A stretch of DNA of 64,000 nucleotides from Candidatus Cloacimonadales bacterium (GCA_963678315.1 OY782781.1:288001-352000); one strand, 5' to 3'. Shown: positions 28,838-39,528, numbered from the stretch's first letter. Notes: generated by a model not told the origin, from the letters alone. A program made the numbers and translations.

Positions 28838-31800
28838 TTAGAAATTATATGAAACACCAAGTGTGATGGTTCTATCTTGAGAAACTCTACCTGGGTCACG
28901 AGTGTATTGATCTTGAGCAAATAATATCTCAGGGATATCATAACCATTCACAGAATAGTCTTCACCAGTATCATATGGATCACCTGTTTTAGCATAAACA
29001 TTATTAATGTTTCTGTTTTTAAATAGATTATCAACATCAAGATAAACTCTAACTAAACTCTTTTGTCCAAATCTAAAGTTTTTAGTAATCTTTAAACTTG
29101 TGTTTTGAGTAGCATCTTTTCTTTCACTATTAGTATCTAAATAACTATCAGTGATAGGATCTTGTGGTGTATAAGGTTCACCAGAAGCGTAGCTATATGT
29201 TAAACTTGTAGAAAAATCATCAATAGGAAGGATGTAGTTTGTAAATGGTACAAAGAATTCCTCACCCTTGTCAATTTTGAACAAGAAGTTAGCACTTAAG
29301 TTATTTCTGATATCCCAGTCTAGAGGGAATTCACGTAGATTAGTGTTTTCATCTTGAATTACAACAGAAGAGTTGTTACCTTCAGCCCATGCAAATGAGT
29401 AAGATAAACCTGCTGACCAGAAGTTTGAAAGTACTTTTTGTAATGATAAATCAACACCTCTGCCTGAAGCATAGTCTTCAGAGATATATTCATACCAGAA
29501 AACTTGTTGTTCATCTGGATCATTAACTTTTCTAGTACTTGGGTAATTGTAATAGTTTTTATAGTAAACTGAGATATCTGCAACCCAGTCTTCATTGATT
29601 AAATGTTGTAGACCAACTTCGTAAGTAATTGTAACTTGAGGGTCAAGTTCAGCATTACCAACTTGGATAGTTTGGTCGGCAGTTTGAGCATCTTCAGGAG
29701 TTTTTGAAGTGAAGATGTATCTCATTGGAGGTAATTGGTTTTGATAATTGTAAGCAAAACGTAAAGCATCTCTTTCTGAGATAGGGTGAGATATACCAAC
29801 ACGAGGTGAAACCATCATTTGGAATTTATCACTACCATCAAATGAGAAAGTTCTGTAAGTACCGTCATCTTGAAGAACATCATAATCTTCACCAATATAC
29901 CAGAAGTCAAAACGTAAACCAGCAGTCACAATAAGAGCTTCCCATTCCATTTGGTCTTGAAGATAGTAAGCACCTTGAATAGGATCAGCTTTGTAACCAT
30001 CTCTTGTACCTGATGAAGCTTTTGCAGCTGCATAATAAGTTTCAGGAGAATATACTATTAAGTATTGACCTTCTTCAGCACCTGCTTCAATAGCAATAAC
30101 ATTTTCATTTTCACTTACTATTTGAGCTATCTCTTCTTCGGTTGCATTTGCAGGAATGTCAGAATCACTAAATACATTATTTAAATAATCAGTTCTTCTA
30201 TCATTATAAATGTTATTAAAGCTAAGTAACTGGTTTTTTTCAATGTTATACTTAATAAATTCAAAACCTGTTTTAGCTGTATTATTTTGATTGATAGCCC
30301 ATTCTACATCACCTCTAAGGTTAATAGAGCTTGTTTTATCATCAATAAAGTTACCATAAATTGAACCTGGAGCTACATAACCAGGGATTAATTCTTGACC
30401 ATTCTCAGTTTGATATAACCAGTCAGCTGAATCATAGAAATTTGTGTTATAATCGAAAACACCATCATGGTTTGCATCAATTGATACATAAGCAGGATGA
30501 TCATAGAACATCATATCATAGTTAAAGATATCTGTAACATATTGATTAACAGAAGCACTGTCAGCTGTAACTTCACTAGTTGTTGTGTTAAGTCTTAAGA
30601 AATTATCTCTAGTGATTCCTTTAGGACCCTGATAACTATCTTTTACAAAATATGAAGCTTTAAGTTTGAGGTTAGCAGCCTTAGAAATGTTTTGGTCAAA
30701 AGTTAAAACATATTGTTTTTGTTCAGTTTCAGCCTCTACGTAATAGTCTAAAGCATATTTCCATGCCCAAGCGAAAAATTCATTAACTGATCTGTCACCA
30801 CGAACAGCAAAAGTTAAGTTTGAGTTGTTATTAATTTTATAACGAGTTTTAAAGTTAAGGTTATAACTATTATAGTGACGTTCACCTACGTCGATACCAA
30901 TAAGGTCATCTCTATCACCATAAGTATCATAGGCATTGTAGTTTTTAAATATTAATGAAACTCCGTCATAGAAGAAATCTTCATTAGGATCAGATTCCCA
31001 GTAATCTTTATAGAAACCGTCTGACCATGAACCAGCACCATTAATAAAGAAAGTAAAGTTTTCATTTAATCCTTTAGAAGCACCTAATCCTCCTAAAACA
31101 GGTCCACCAAAGGCGAATTTAACAACATCATTGTTGTTGCCTTCTATAAACATGTGGTCTGATTTAGCTTCAACTTTACCACTATATTCTGCTGAGCCTG
31201 ATTTAGTAACGATATTAACCATACCAGATTGAGCATTACCAAATTCAGCAGTTAATGCACCAGTATAAACTTTCATATCTGCAATAGCATCAGTGTCAAC
31301 TTCAAGTGCAGAACCACCATCAACAGGGTCAGAAACTGACATACCATCAACAGTCATATTAACTTCATTTGCACGACTACCCCTAACACGAATTTCACCA
31401 CCAGAGCTTGTAACACCTGGTTGTAAGGCAAGAATATCATCAACGCTATCAACAGAAAGGTCTTCCATATCTCCTACTTCCACAGTTGATGAAGTTCCGA
31501 CTCTGTCATTTTGGATTTTGTCCTTTTTAGCAGTAAATTTAACTGCCTCAAGGGTGTTATCTCCAGGTTGTATTCTAGCATCTTGTTTTGTAGTTTGCAT
31601 TACATTAATCTCAATGCCTTCATACACAACCTTTTTATATCCGACTAATGACACTTCTAGGTCGTAAACACCAGGTGTAATATTAATAATTATATATTCA
31701 CCATCTTCATCAGTTTGAATACCGAATGGGGTAGGACTCCCATCACTGTATAAAACTACGTTCGCTAACGGTACAGGTTGTCCGTTATTATCTTTAACTT

Positions 31801-31888
31801 GTCCCTTTAATACACCAGTTGTCTGGGCATATAATTGGACACTAAAAAGCACTAAAATGACAGAAATGAGTATAGCTGTCTTACGCAT
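28838..31888 (-). CDS. TonB-dependent outer-membrane receptor with an N-terminal carboxypeptidase-regulatory-like domain
   Basis: Signal peptide; G.LKG.VKD..G.P.P.ANV...TD.DG.Y N-domain; plug LQPGV...VRGSR.NE...VDG...AEFGNAQSGMVNIVTKSG; barrel GLRFD, SPRVGISHPI, YE.GLQ; terminal Phe (GVSYNF). Confidence 0.9.
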   Translation of the reverse strand: MRKTAILISVILVLFSVQLYAQTTGVLKGQVKDNNGQPVPLANVVLYSDGSPTPFGIQTDEDGEYIIINITPGVYDLEVSLVGYKKVVYEGIEINVMQTTKQDARIQPGDNTLEAVKFTAKKDKIQNDRVGTSSTVEVGDMEDLSVDSVDDILALQPGVTSSGGEIRVRGSRANEVNMTVDGMSVSDPVDGGSALEVDTDAIADMKVYTGALTAEFGNAQSGMVNIVTKSGSAEYSGKVEAKSDHMFIEGNNNDVVKFAFGGPVLGGLGASKGLNENFTFFINGAGSWSDGFYKDYWESDPNEDFFYDGVSLIFKNYNAYDTYGDRDDLIGIDVGERHYNSYNLNFKTRYKINNNSNLTFAVRGDRSVNEFFAWAWKYALDYYVEAETEQKQYVLTFDQNISKAANLKLKASYFVKDSYQGPKGITRDNFLRLNTTTSEVTADSASVNQYVTDIFNYDMMFYDHPAYVSIDANHDGVFDYNTNFYDSADWLYQTENGQELIPGYVAPGSIYGNFIDDKTSSINLRGDVEWAINQNNTAKTGFEFIKYNIEKNQLLSFNNIYNDRRTDYLNNVFSDSDIPANATEEEIAQIVSENENVIAIEAGAEEGQYLIVYSPETYYAAAKASSGTRDGYKADPIQGAYYLQDQMEWEALIVTAGLRFDFWYIGEDYDVLQDDGTYRTFSFDGSDKFQMMVSPRVGISHPISERDALRFAYNYQNQLPPMRYIFTSKTPEDAQTADQTIQVGNAELDPQVTITYEVGLQHLINEDWVADISVYYKNYYNYPSTRKVNDPDEQQVFWYEYISEDYASGRGVDLSLQKVLSNFWSAGLSYSFAWAEGNNSSVVIQDENTNLREFPLDWDIRNNLSANFLFKIDKGEEFFVPFTNYILPIDDFSTSLTYSYASGEPYTPQDPITDSYLDTNSERKDATQNTSLKITKNFRFGQKSLVRVYLDVDNLFKNRNINNVYAKTGDPYDTGEDYSVNGYDIPEILFAQDQYTRDPGRVSQDRTITLGVSYNF

Positions 31889-32166
31889 TTAGTTATCCTC
31901 CCTTTTTATATCACAATAAATAACTATTTTTATATTACGTATAAAAGAACATAATTCTATTCATACTATTTTAACAAAAAGATTATAATATCATAATGAT
32001 GTCAATTAATTTTTCTATATAACAATTATATAGCTAAATAAATTCGTCAAATTAATTAATCATCACTAATATATACAAATCATTATTTTCCAGTAATTTC
32101 TTCTATAAATCTAAATTCTTATATTTCCTCATTAAACACAATAAATCTTTGCTTATCAATACATTG

Positions 32167-32988
32167 TTATTTTTTGAAATTCCACTCATCAGTCGAATAT
32201 TTATTTTTTATAAGTTTTTCAACTAGTTCTTGTTCGAATGCTTCCAAACTTTTGATTATTGTAAATTCATCATTATCCCAAGCTTGCATAAATCCTTTAA
32301 TCAAGCAATTTACAGCAGAATTATAATCAATTGGAGTAGAAAGAACTTGGTTAATTGAAACAGTTTTTCTATTCATCATATCTGCCAATCTTTTTCTCAA
32401 ATTATTATTTAAGTTTGGCATTAACTGAGCAATTTCACTTTGATTTTCTTGAAAAATAATTGAACCATGTTGCAAAAGAACATCATTAGCCCTTGCTTGA
32501 GCAGATCCAACAATTTTTTTACCTTCTACAGCTAGTTCATACTTTGAGGATGAGTTAAAACATGGGTTAACAGCTTCTCTTTGAGAAAAGGAAGTTAAGG
32601 TCTTTTGCTCAAACTCTACATTAATTCCCATTTTCTTAAGTCCTTCTGCTAAAGCATTACTAATTTTGCCATAGCTTTGAAGAACATTCCCTGAGAGCTT
32701 GTCTGAAGTAGGAGCAATTACAGCATAAGTAATTTCATCCTTATGCAAGACTAATCTTCCACCTGTTGGTCTTCTTACAAATCCGTAGCCTTTCTCATTC
32801 AAGACATCAAAATCCACTTCCTTCTTTGCACATTGGTTATAGCCAAGTGAAAGACTAGCAGGTTCCCAATCATAAAATCTGATTAAAGGAAGTGATTTGC
32901 CTTGTTGAATCAACTGAAATACAGCATCATCTATAGCCATATTTTCAGCAGGACTAAGTTTTCCGTTTGTAAGAATTCTCCATTTCAT
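32167..32988 (-). CDS. Lipoate-protein ligase family protein (LplA/LipM-like)
   Basis: ENMAIDDA, RFYDW.P..LSLGYNQ, RRPTGGR.VLH, CF, GKKIVGSAQ, LQHGSI. Confidence 0.88.
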   Translation of the reverse strand: MKWRILTNGKLSPAENMAIDDAVFQLIQQGKSLPLIRFYDWEPASLSLGYNQCAKKEVDFDVLNEKGYGFVRRPTGGRLVLHKDEITYAVIAPTSDKLSGNVLQSYGKISNALAEGLKKMGINVEFEQKTLTSFSQREAVNPCFNSSSKYELAVEGKKIVGSAQARANDVLLQHGSIIFQENQSEIAQLMPNLNNNLRKRLADMMNRKTVSINQVLSTPIDYNSAVNCLIKGFMQAWDNDEFTIIKSLEAFEQELVEKLIKNKYSTDEWNFKK

Positions 32989-32991
32989 AGT

Positions 32992-34008
32992 TTAGTATAA
33001 CATCCTAACTTTTTCATCTTTGGTATTTTCTTCAATATTTCCAATTATTGAAGCACCATGTTTTCCTATCAACTCATTAGCAATAGTATCATTAGTTACA
33101 ACAATCATTCCTACACCCATATTGAATGCAGAGAACATTTCTTCTTTTTTTATTCCACCAGCACTTTGGAGTACATTATAGATAGTAGGAATTTGCCAAG
33201 TTGCAGTATCAATTACAGCAGTTAGGTTATCTGGAATAACTCTTGAAAGATTTCCAGGAATTCCACCACCAGTAATATGAGCCATACCATGAATATCAAC
33301 AGGGTTTGCCCATTGTTTTAATTCATGTAGGTATGATTTATGAACTTTGAGCATTGCTTGAGCAACACTTTCATTAACATCAGGAATTATTGAATCAACA
33401 TTAAGATTCATTTTTTCAAACAGAATTTTTCTTGCTAAAGAATAACCATTAGTATGTAGACCTGTTGAAGGTAATCCTAGAACTAAATCACCTTTCTTTA
33501 TCTTTTCACCTGTTATGATATTTGATTTTTCAACCATACCAACAATAGTACCAGCTAAATCAAAATCTTCTACAGAGTAGATACCTGGCATTTCAGCCAT
33601 TTCGCCACCGATTAGAGCCATTTCATTTTCTTTACAAGCTTTAGCAAAACCGAAAATTATTTTTTCCATAACTTCAGGATCAAGTTTTCCAACACCTACA
33701 TAATCCAAGAAGTATTGAGGAATAGCACCTTGAACAAAAATATCATTAACACAGTGATTAACTAAATCTTGTCCAACAGTATCATACACTCCAGCCATTC
33801 TTGCGATAATAATTTTTGTACCAACACCATCGGCACTTGATACAAGAACTGGTTCTTTCCATACACTCAAGTCTACTTGAAAGAGTCCACCAAAACCACC
33901 AATATGTGAAAGAACATTTTTGTTAAAAGTATTTTTAACAAGTGGTTTGATTCTATTCACTGAATCTGTTCCAGCTTTTATATCAACTCCTGCACTTTTA
34001 TAATCCAT
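32992..34008 (-). CDS. purM: Phosphoribosylformylglycinamidine cyclo-ligase
   Basis: YKSAGVDI, IGGFGGLF, DGVGTK, GGEMAEMPG, STGLHTNGYSL, HITGGG, FNMGVG. Confidence 0.96.
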   Translation of the reverse strand: MDYKSAGVDIKAGTDSVNRIKPLVKNTFNKNVLSHIGGFGGLFQVDLSVWKEPVLVSSADGVGTKIIIARMAGVYDTVGQDLVNHCVNDIFVQGAIPQYFLDYVGVGKLDPEVMEKIIFGFAKACKENEMALIGGEMAEMPGIYSVEDFDLAGTIVGMVEKSNIITGEKIKKGDLVLGLPSTGLHTNGYSLARKILFEKMNLNVDSIIPDVNESVAQAMLKVHKSYLHELKQWANPVDIHGMAHITGGGIPGNLSRVIPDNLTAVIDTATWQIPTIYNVLQSAGGIKKEEMFSAFNMGVGMIVVTNDTIANELIGKHGASIIGNIEENTKDEKVRMLY

Positions 34009-34026
34009 CTTTTCCTCTTAATATCT

Positions 34027-34923
34027 TTATATTTTCATGTATTTAATTAGTTCTAATTTCATGGAATCTATTAGTTCAGCATCAATCTTTTTAAGTGTTT
34101 CAACACTAAATGATTGAATATTATTTCCTGCTGTTATAGTACCGTAAATTGCAGCTTCTTTCAGGTTATCAAAATCATATTTACCAATCTTTGCTAAATA
34201 ACCAACAAATCCACCAGCAAAGCTATCTCCAGCACCAGTTGGATCTACAACTTCCCTAACTGGATAAACTGGAACAAAGAATAAGTCATCATTAGATGCT
34301 ACAATAGCACCATATTCTCCACGCTTAACAACAACATACTTTAAACCTAAAGCAAGAACTTCTTCTATTGCCTTAAAAATGTTGCTTTCTTGACAGTAAG
34401 ATTTAAGTTCATCTTCATTTATAAAAAGAAGATCAACTTTCTTTATTACTTCTGTTAGTTCTGTTTTAGTATTATCTATCCATAAATTCATTGTGTCCAT
34501 TGCAATCAAATCACTTTTTTCTATTTGTTTCAGCACATCTAATTGAAGTTGTGGATGGATATTACCAAGAAATGTCACTCTATTAACCTTACTTGAATCT
34601 GTTAATTCTGGTTTAAAATCAGCAAATACATTAAGTTGAGTATCAAGTGTTTGAGCTTGATTTAAATCTTTATATTCACCTTTCCATTTAAAGGTCTGAC
34701 CTTGGACTTTTTTTAGCCCTTCAATATTTATCCTATTTTCATTTAATAATTCAATATGTTGCTGAGGAAAGTCCTCTCCGACCACCCCAATAATTGCAAC
34801 ATCAGTGAAGTTACTTCCTGCTAAAGATGCATATATTGCAGAACCACCTAAAACATCACTAACTGTTCCAGATGGTGTTGATATTGAATCTAAAGCTATT
34901 GATCCGACTATTACTAAACTCAT
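34027..34923 (-). CDS. PfkB-family carbohydrate/nucleoside kinase
   Basis: GSIALD, LGGSA.Y, VKRGEYGA, DPTGAGDSFAGG. Confidence 0.9.
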   Translation of the reverse strand: MSLVIVGSIALDSISTPSGTVSDVLGGSAIYASLAGSNFTDVAIIGVVGEDFPQQHIELLNENRINIEGLKKVQGQTFKWKGEYKDLNQAQTLDTQLNVFADFKPELTDSSKVNRVTFLGNIHPQLQLDVLKQIEKSDLIAMDTMNLWIDNTKTELTEVIKKVDLLFINEDELKSYCQESNIFKAIEEVLALGLKYVVVKRGEYGAIVASNDDLFFVPVYPVREVVDPTGAGDSFAGGFVGYLAKIGKYDFDNLKEAAIYGTITAGNNIQSFSVETLKKIDAELIDSMKLELIKYMKI

Positions 34924-35129
34924 TTATTCTCCTGAACTTGTTCTACATTCGGTTCGCTTCCTTGAAATATATTCCAAAAGACATCAAATTTGCTATTAGT
35001 TGTTCTTGATAGAAGCAATACTATAAAAAACAGCAATAGTACCATATATAATAAACGGGTCCAACCTTTCGAGGCTTGTTCACGTCTCTTATTTCTAGCT
35101 TCTTCTATCTTCTCTTTTAATTGCCTCAT
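34920..35129 (-). CDS. Small single-TM hypothetical protein
   Basis: AGGAG RBS, ATGA overlap with the downstream gene, basic N-terminus followed by a hydrophobic helix. Confidence 0.65.
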   Translation of the reverse strand: MRQLKEKIEEARNKRREQASKGWTRLLYMVLLLFFIVLLLSRTTNSKFDVFWNIFQGSEPNVEQVQENK

Positions 35130-35213
35130 ACATAACTCCTAATGTAATTTTTATTCCTAAAAGAAAAAATGGTTACCCACTAAGCGAAAGCAAGTAACCA
35201 TTTACCATTAATT

Positions 35214-36413
35214 CTATGTTAAAAGAGATTTAAGACCTTCTTCAAATCTCTTCACACCTTCTTTTAAATTGTCCATACTGTTTGCATACGAGAACCTTGT
35301 TAACACTTTATTACCAAAAGCAGAACCAGGAACAATAGCAATTTTATAATTTTCTAACAGATAGCTGCAAAGCTCTACATCTGTCTTAATATTTTTTACA
35401 TTATTGTTAAGATAATATTCAATATTTGTCATTATATAGAAAGCACCTTGTGGAGAAGTTGTTGATATATGATCAATTTTATTCAATCCTTCTACCATGA
35501 ATGCTTTTCTTTTCTCAAATTCAAGTCTCATCTTTTCGATTGAACCGTCATCATCGTTCAATGCTGTAACAGTAGCTTTTTGAGTTACTGAGTTAACACA
35601 GGAAGTAGTATGACCTTGAATCCTACCCGCAGCAGCAATTATTTCTTTTGGCCCTACAGAATAACCTAATCTCCAACCTGTCATAGCATAGGCTTTTGAA
35701 ACACCATTAATTATTACCGTGATATCTTTGAATTCAGCTTTTAATGAAGCAATCGATACATGTTCAGCTCCATCATATACTAACTTCTCATATATTTCAT
35801 CAGCAATAATCAAGATATTGTGTTTAAGGCAAACATTGCCAATAACCAAAAGTTCTTCTTTGCTATAAATAGCACCTGTTGGATTATTTGGATTATTAAG
35901 CATTAAAGCCTTAACATTTGGGTTTGCTTGAATCAACCTATCTAATTCTTCTGCATTAACTTTGAAGTTATCTTCTTCTTTAGTCTCCAAGAAAAGAGGA
36001 AGACCCCCTGCGATATCAACTTGATCTGGATAAGAAACCCAGTAAGGAGAAGGAATAATAACTTGGTCGCCAGCATCACAGATAGCAATCAGAATATTAA
36101 CAATAGAAGCTTTAGCACCAGGAGATACAAGCACTTGGCTAGCATCATAATCTAAGCCATATTCTCTTTTAAACTTATCGCACACTGCTTGTCTTAGTTC
36201 AACAATACCTGGAGTAGGAGTATATCTAGTAAAATTATCTTCAATAGCTTTAAGTCCTGCATTCTTAATATAGTCAGGAGTATTAAAATCTGGTTCACCT
36301 ACGCCAAAGTTGATAACATCAATACCTTTAGCCATGTATGATTTTGCCTTAGCCATAACAGCTAAAGTAGGAGAAGGTTTGATTCCCCTTGCCTTATTTG
36401 ATAATTTAATCAT
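35214..36413 (-). CDS. Class I/II PLP-dependent aminotransferase (aspartate aminotransferase-like)
   Basis: GEPDF.TP, PYWVSY, NPNNPTG, DEIYE, GVSKAYAMTGWRLGY. Confidence 0.92.
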   Translation of the reverse strand: MIKLSNKARGIKPSPTLAVMAKAKSYMAKGIDVINFGVGEPDFNTPDYIKNAGLKAIEDNFTRYTPTPGIVELRQAVCDKFKREYGLDYDASQVLVSPGAKASIVNILIAICDAGDQVIIPSPYWVSYPDQVDIAGGLPLFLETKEEDNFKVNAEELDRLIQANPNVKALMLNNPNNPTGAIYSKEELLVIGNVCLKHNILIIADEIYEKLVYDGAEHVSIASLKAEFKDITVIINGVSKAYAMTGWRLGYSVGPKEIIAAAGRIQGHTTSCVNSVTQKATVTALNDDDGSIEKMRLEFEKRKAFMVEGLNKIDHISTTSPQGAFYIMTNIEYYLNNNVKNIKTDVELCSYLLENYKIAIVPGSAFGNKVLTRFSYANSMDNLKEGVKRFEEGLKSLLT

Positions 36414-36424
36414 GACGACCTCGT

Positions 36425-37414
36425 TTATTTAGACATTAATAAAACTAAAGCAGATGTATTAACAATATCTTCAGCAGAACAGCCACGTGATAAGTCACAG
36501 ATAGGTGCTGCTAAACCTTGAATAACTGGACCTATAGCCTCAGCTTTAGCAAATCTTTGCACAAGTTTATAGCCAATATTACCAGCTTGTAAGTCAGGGA
36601 AGATTAATACGTTTGCATTTCCAGCAACATTACTTCCAGGAGCTTTCTTGCTACCAATAGCAGGAATGATAGCAGCATCAGCTTGTAATTCACCATCTAT
36701 TTCAAAGTCAACACCTCTAGATTTTACAATATCTAGAGCTGAAATTACTTTGTCAGCAAGTTCATGTTTAGCTGAACCTTTTGATGAGAATGAAAGAAGA
36801 GCAACCTTAGGCTCATCTCCAATCAAACTTTTTCTTGTTTCAGCAGTAGAGATAGCAATATCAGCTAGCTGTTCATCTGTAGGATTAGGAACAACAGCAC
36901 AATCGCCAAATAGGAAAATTCTATCTTGACCTAAGAAGTCAGGAGTCACCATAATAAAGCTTGATGATACAGTCTTGAGTCCTGCTTTTACACCAACTAC
37001 TTGTAAGGCTGCTTTTAAAACATCACCTGTTGTATTTACAGCACCAGCAACCATACCATTAACTCTGCCAAATTTTACAGCTAAAGCACCAAAGAATAAA
37101 GGCTGTCTAACTATTTCAGCAGCTTGCTCTCTAGTAATACCTTTCTTTTTCCTTTTTTCATAGAAAAAGTCTGTAGATTCTTCAATAAAAGGACATTCAT
37201 TAGGATTCCATATACTTGCTCCTTCGATGTCATAGCCTTTTTCTTTTGCGAAAGCTTTTACTTCAGCTACATCACCAACTAAAACAACTTTAGCCATTCC
37301 TTCTTTAAGGATTTGCTCTGTTGCTGCTAGAGTTCTTTCATCGAAAGATTCTGGTAAAATTATAGAACCTTGAACGTCTTTTGCTTTTGATTTGAATTGG
37401 TTAATAATATCCAT
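36425..37414 (-). CDS. pta: Phosphate acetyltransferase
   Basis: ILPES, DCAVVPNP, LSFSSKGSA, DGELQADAA, FPDLQAGNIGYKL, DLSRGCS. Confidence 0.95.
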   Translation of the reverse strand: MDIINQFKSKAKDVQGSIILPESFDERTLAATEQILKEGMAKVVLVGDVAEVKAFAKEKGYDIEGASIWNPNECPFIEESTDFFYEKRKKKGITREQAAEIVRQPLFFGALAVKFGRVNGMVAGAVNTTGDVLKAALQVVGVKAGLKTVSSSFIMVTPDFLGQDRIFLFGDCAVVPNPTDEQLADIAISTAETRKSLIGDEPKVALLSFSSKGSAKHELADKVISALDIVKSRGVDFEIDGELQADAAIIPAIGSKKAPGSNVAGNANVLIFPDLQAGNIGYKLVQRFAKAEAIGPVIQGLAAPICDLSRGCSAEDIVNTSALVLLMSK

Positions 37415-37443
37415 TTCAATCTCCTATTTATCTTTTTTTTGTT

Positions 37444-39528
37444 TTAATTCTCTACAACAATTTTCTCAAGATCTGCAATCTTCATAAATACAGATTTAAC
37501 AAAATATAATAAGTTATAACGGTTATTTTTTACTGTTTCATCTTCAGCGTTAACCATTACATTATCGAAGAAATTGTCTATTATACTTCTTGCTGAAACT
37601 AATATTTTCATTGCTTGATTATATGAAGAGCTTGCAAGATATTCTTCTATAGAAGAAATATTATCTTGGAAATAAGAATATAGTTTCTTTTCAACATCTT
37701 CTTCTAGTTTAGTATCATCAACATCAGCAAAGTCTTTGACTTTACTAATAATATTGGCTACCCTCTTATAACCTAACACCAAACCTTCAAAATCTTGACT
37801 ACCTTTAAAGTTTTGGATAGCTAATGCTCTCTTTTTTATTTCACCAATGTATCTAAAATCAAAGTCTAATACACTATCAATAACATCATAAGCTATCTCT
37901 TCTTCTTCAAGAAGCCATTTTACTCTTTGCTTAAAGAAGTTGTAGGTAAATTCTTTGTTATGATTTTCTTCTTTTAATTTGCCTTTTAGTTGATTAAAGG
38001 CTACATCTATTAATCTGAAAATATCAATATTCCAATCTCTTTCATTAAGAATTTTAACAATTCCATTAGCAGCTCTTCTTAGAGCAAATGGGTCATTAGA
38101 ACCTGTAGGTATTAAGTCAACACCAATAATGCCACAGACTGTATCTAGTTTATCTGCAATAGCAGCAACAGCCCCTGTTATAGTTGTTGGTAAACCATCA
38201 TTCTGACCTCTAGGTGAATAATGCTCATAAATACCCAAAGCAACATCAGCTTCTTCACCTGATAATTCAGCATACTTCATACCCATGTAACCTTGAAGCT
38301 TAGTAAATTCTTTTTCTCCAAGCATCAAAGTAACTAAATCAGCTTTAGCAAGCAATACTGTTCTTAAAACTTGCTCTCTATTATTTAAATCCAAGCTATC
38401 ACATATATACTTAGCAATTTCAAGGCATCTATTTGTTTTTTCAAAAGTAGTCCCTAAGTCTTGTTGGAAAGTAACATCTTTTAATCTTTCAACATAACTT
38501 TCTAAGCTATTCTTTCTATCTTCATTAAAGAAGAATTCCGCATCTTCCAGTCTTGCTGTTATAACTTTCTCGTTTCCTCTTCTTATTATATCAGAATATT
38601 CTGGATTACCATTTGATATAAAACAGAATTCATTACATAAGTTTCCCTCTTCATCTACTACAGAAAAGTATTTTTGGTTCTGACTAATAGTTGAGGTTAT
38701 TATTTTATCTGGAAGAGCTAAGTACTTTTCATCAAAGGAACCAATCACTGCTGTTGGATATTCCACTAAGTCTGTAACAACTTCTAAAAGTTTCTTATCC
38801 TCAATAATATTTTTAGAACTATTCTTATAAAGTTCTGCAATTTGTTTTTCTATAAGCTTGATTCTCTCTTCCCTATCAGCTATTATTGAAATAGAGCGTA
38901 AAGTTTCTAAATACATCTTAGCTTCAAATACTTCTTTTGTTACTTCAAAATCAATATATCTATTACCCAAGACTCTTCTATTAGATTCTAAACCGTTGAA
39001 TGTAAAAGGAACCACATCACTTCCCATTAGAAGTACAATATTTCGTATTGGTCTAGCAAAAGTTATTTTACCCGCCCCCCACTTCATTGATTTTGGACTT
39101 GGTATCCCTTTAATTAAGTCTTCTAAGAAAGAAGTAATTATTTCGGTTGCTTTCTTACCTTTTATTTCTTTCTTATATGCGATATATTCACCTTTAGGTG
39201 TTGTCATAAAGAACATATCATCTTCACTACAGCCTGCACCTCGTAAAAATCCTGCTCCAGCTTTTGAAAGAGAACCATCTTCTTGAACTGCTATTCTCTT
39301 TGCTGGACCCATCTTTTCAACAAGCTCATCTGCTTGCTGAACTTGTAAATTTTCTACTAAGATTGCAAATCTTTTTGGTGTTGTGAAGCTTTCTATTTTA
39401 TCATAAGCTAATTTAGCATCCTTAAATTCTTGTTTAAATCTTTTTAATATGTACTTTTCTGCGTTTTTAATATATCCTGCAGGAATCTCCTCGACTCCTA
39501 ATTCAAATAAGAAATCCTTTTTATTCAT
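37444..39528 (-). CDS. glyS: Glycine--tRNA ligase beta subunit
   Basis: FLFELGVEEIPA, TPKR, MKWG...FARPI, LVEYP, KADL.T.M, PTGSNDPFALRR. Confidence 0.95.
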   Translation of the reverse strand: MNKKDFLFELGVEEIPAGYIKNAEKYILKRFKQEFKDAKLAYDKIESFTTPKRFAILVENLQVQQADELVEKMGPAKRIAVQEDGSLSKAGAGFLRGAGCSEDDMFFMTTPKGEYIAYKKEIKGKKATEIITSFLEDLIKGIPSPKSMKWGAGKITFARPIRNIVLLMGSDVVPFTFNGLESNRRVLGNRYIDFEVTKEVFEAKMYLETLRSISIIADREERIKLIEKQIAELYKNSSKNIIEDKKLLEVVTDLVEYPTAVIGSFDEKYLALPDKIITSTISQNQKYFSVVDEEGNLCNEFCFISNGNPEYSDIIRRGNEKVITARLEDAEFFFNEDRKNSLESYVERLKDVTFQQDLGTTFEKTNRCLEIAKYICDSLDLNNREQVLRTVLLAKADLVTLMLGEKEFTKLQGYMGMKYAELSGEEADVALGIYEHYSPRGQNDGLPTTITGAVAAIADKLDTVCGIIGVDLIPTGSNDPFALRRAANGIVKILNERDWNIDIFRLIDVAFNQLKGKLKEENHNKEFTYNFFKQRVKWLLEEEEIAYDVIDSVLDFDFRYIGEIKKRALAIQNFKGSQDFEGLVLGYKRVANIISKVKDFADVDDTKLEEDVEKKLYSYFQDNISSIEEYLASSSYNQAMKILVSARSIIDNFFDNVMVNAEDETVKNNRYNLLYFVKSVFMKIADLEKIVVEN

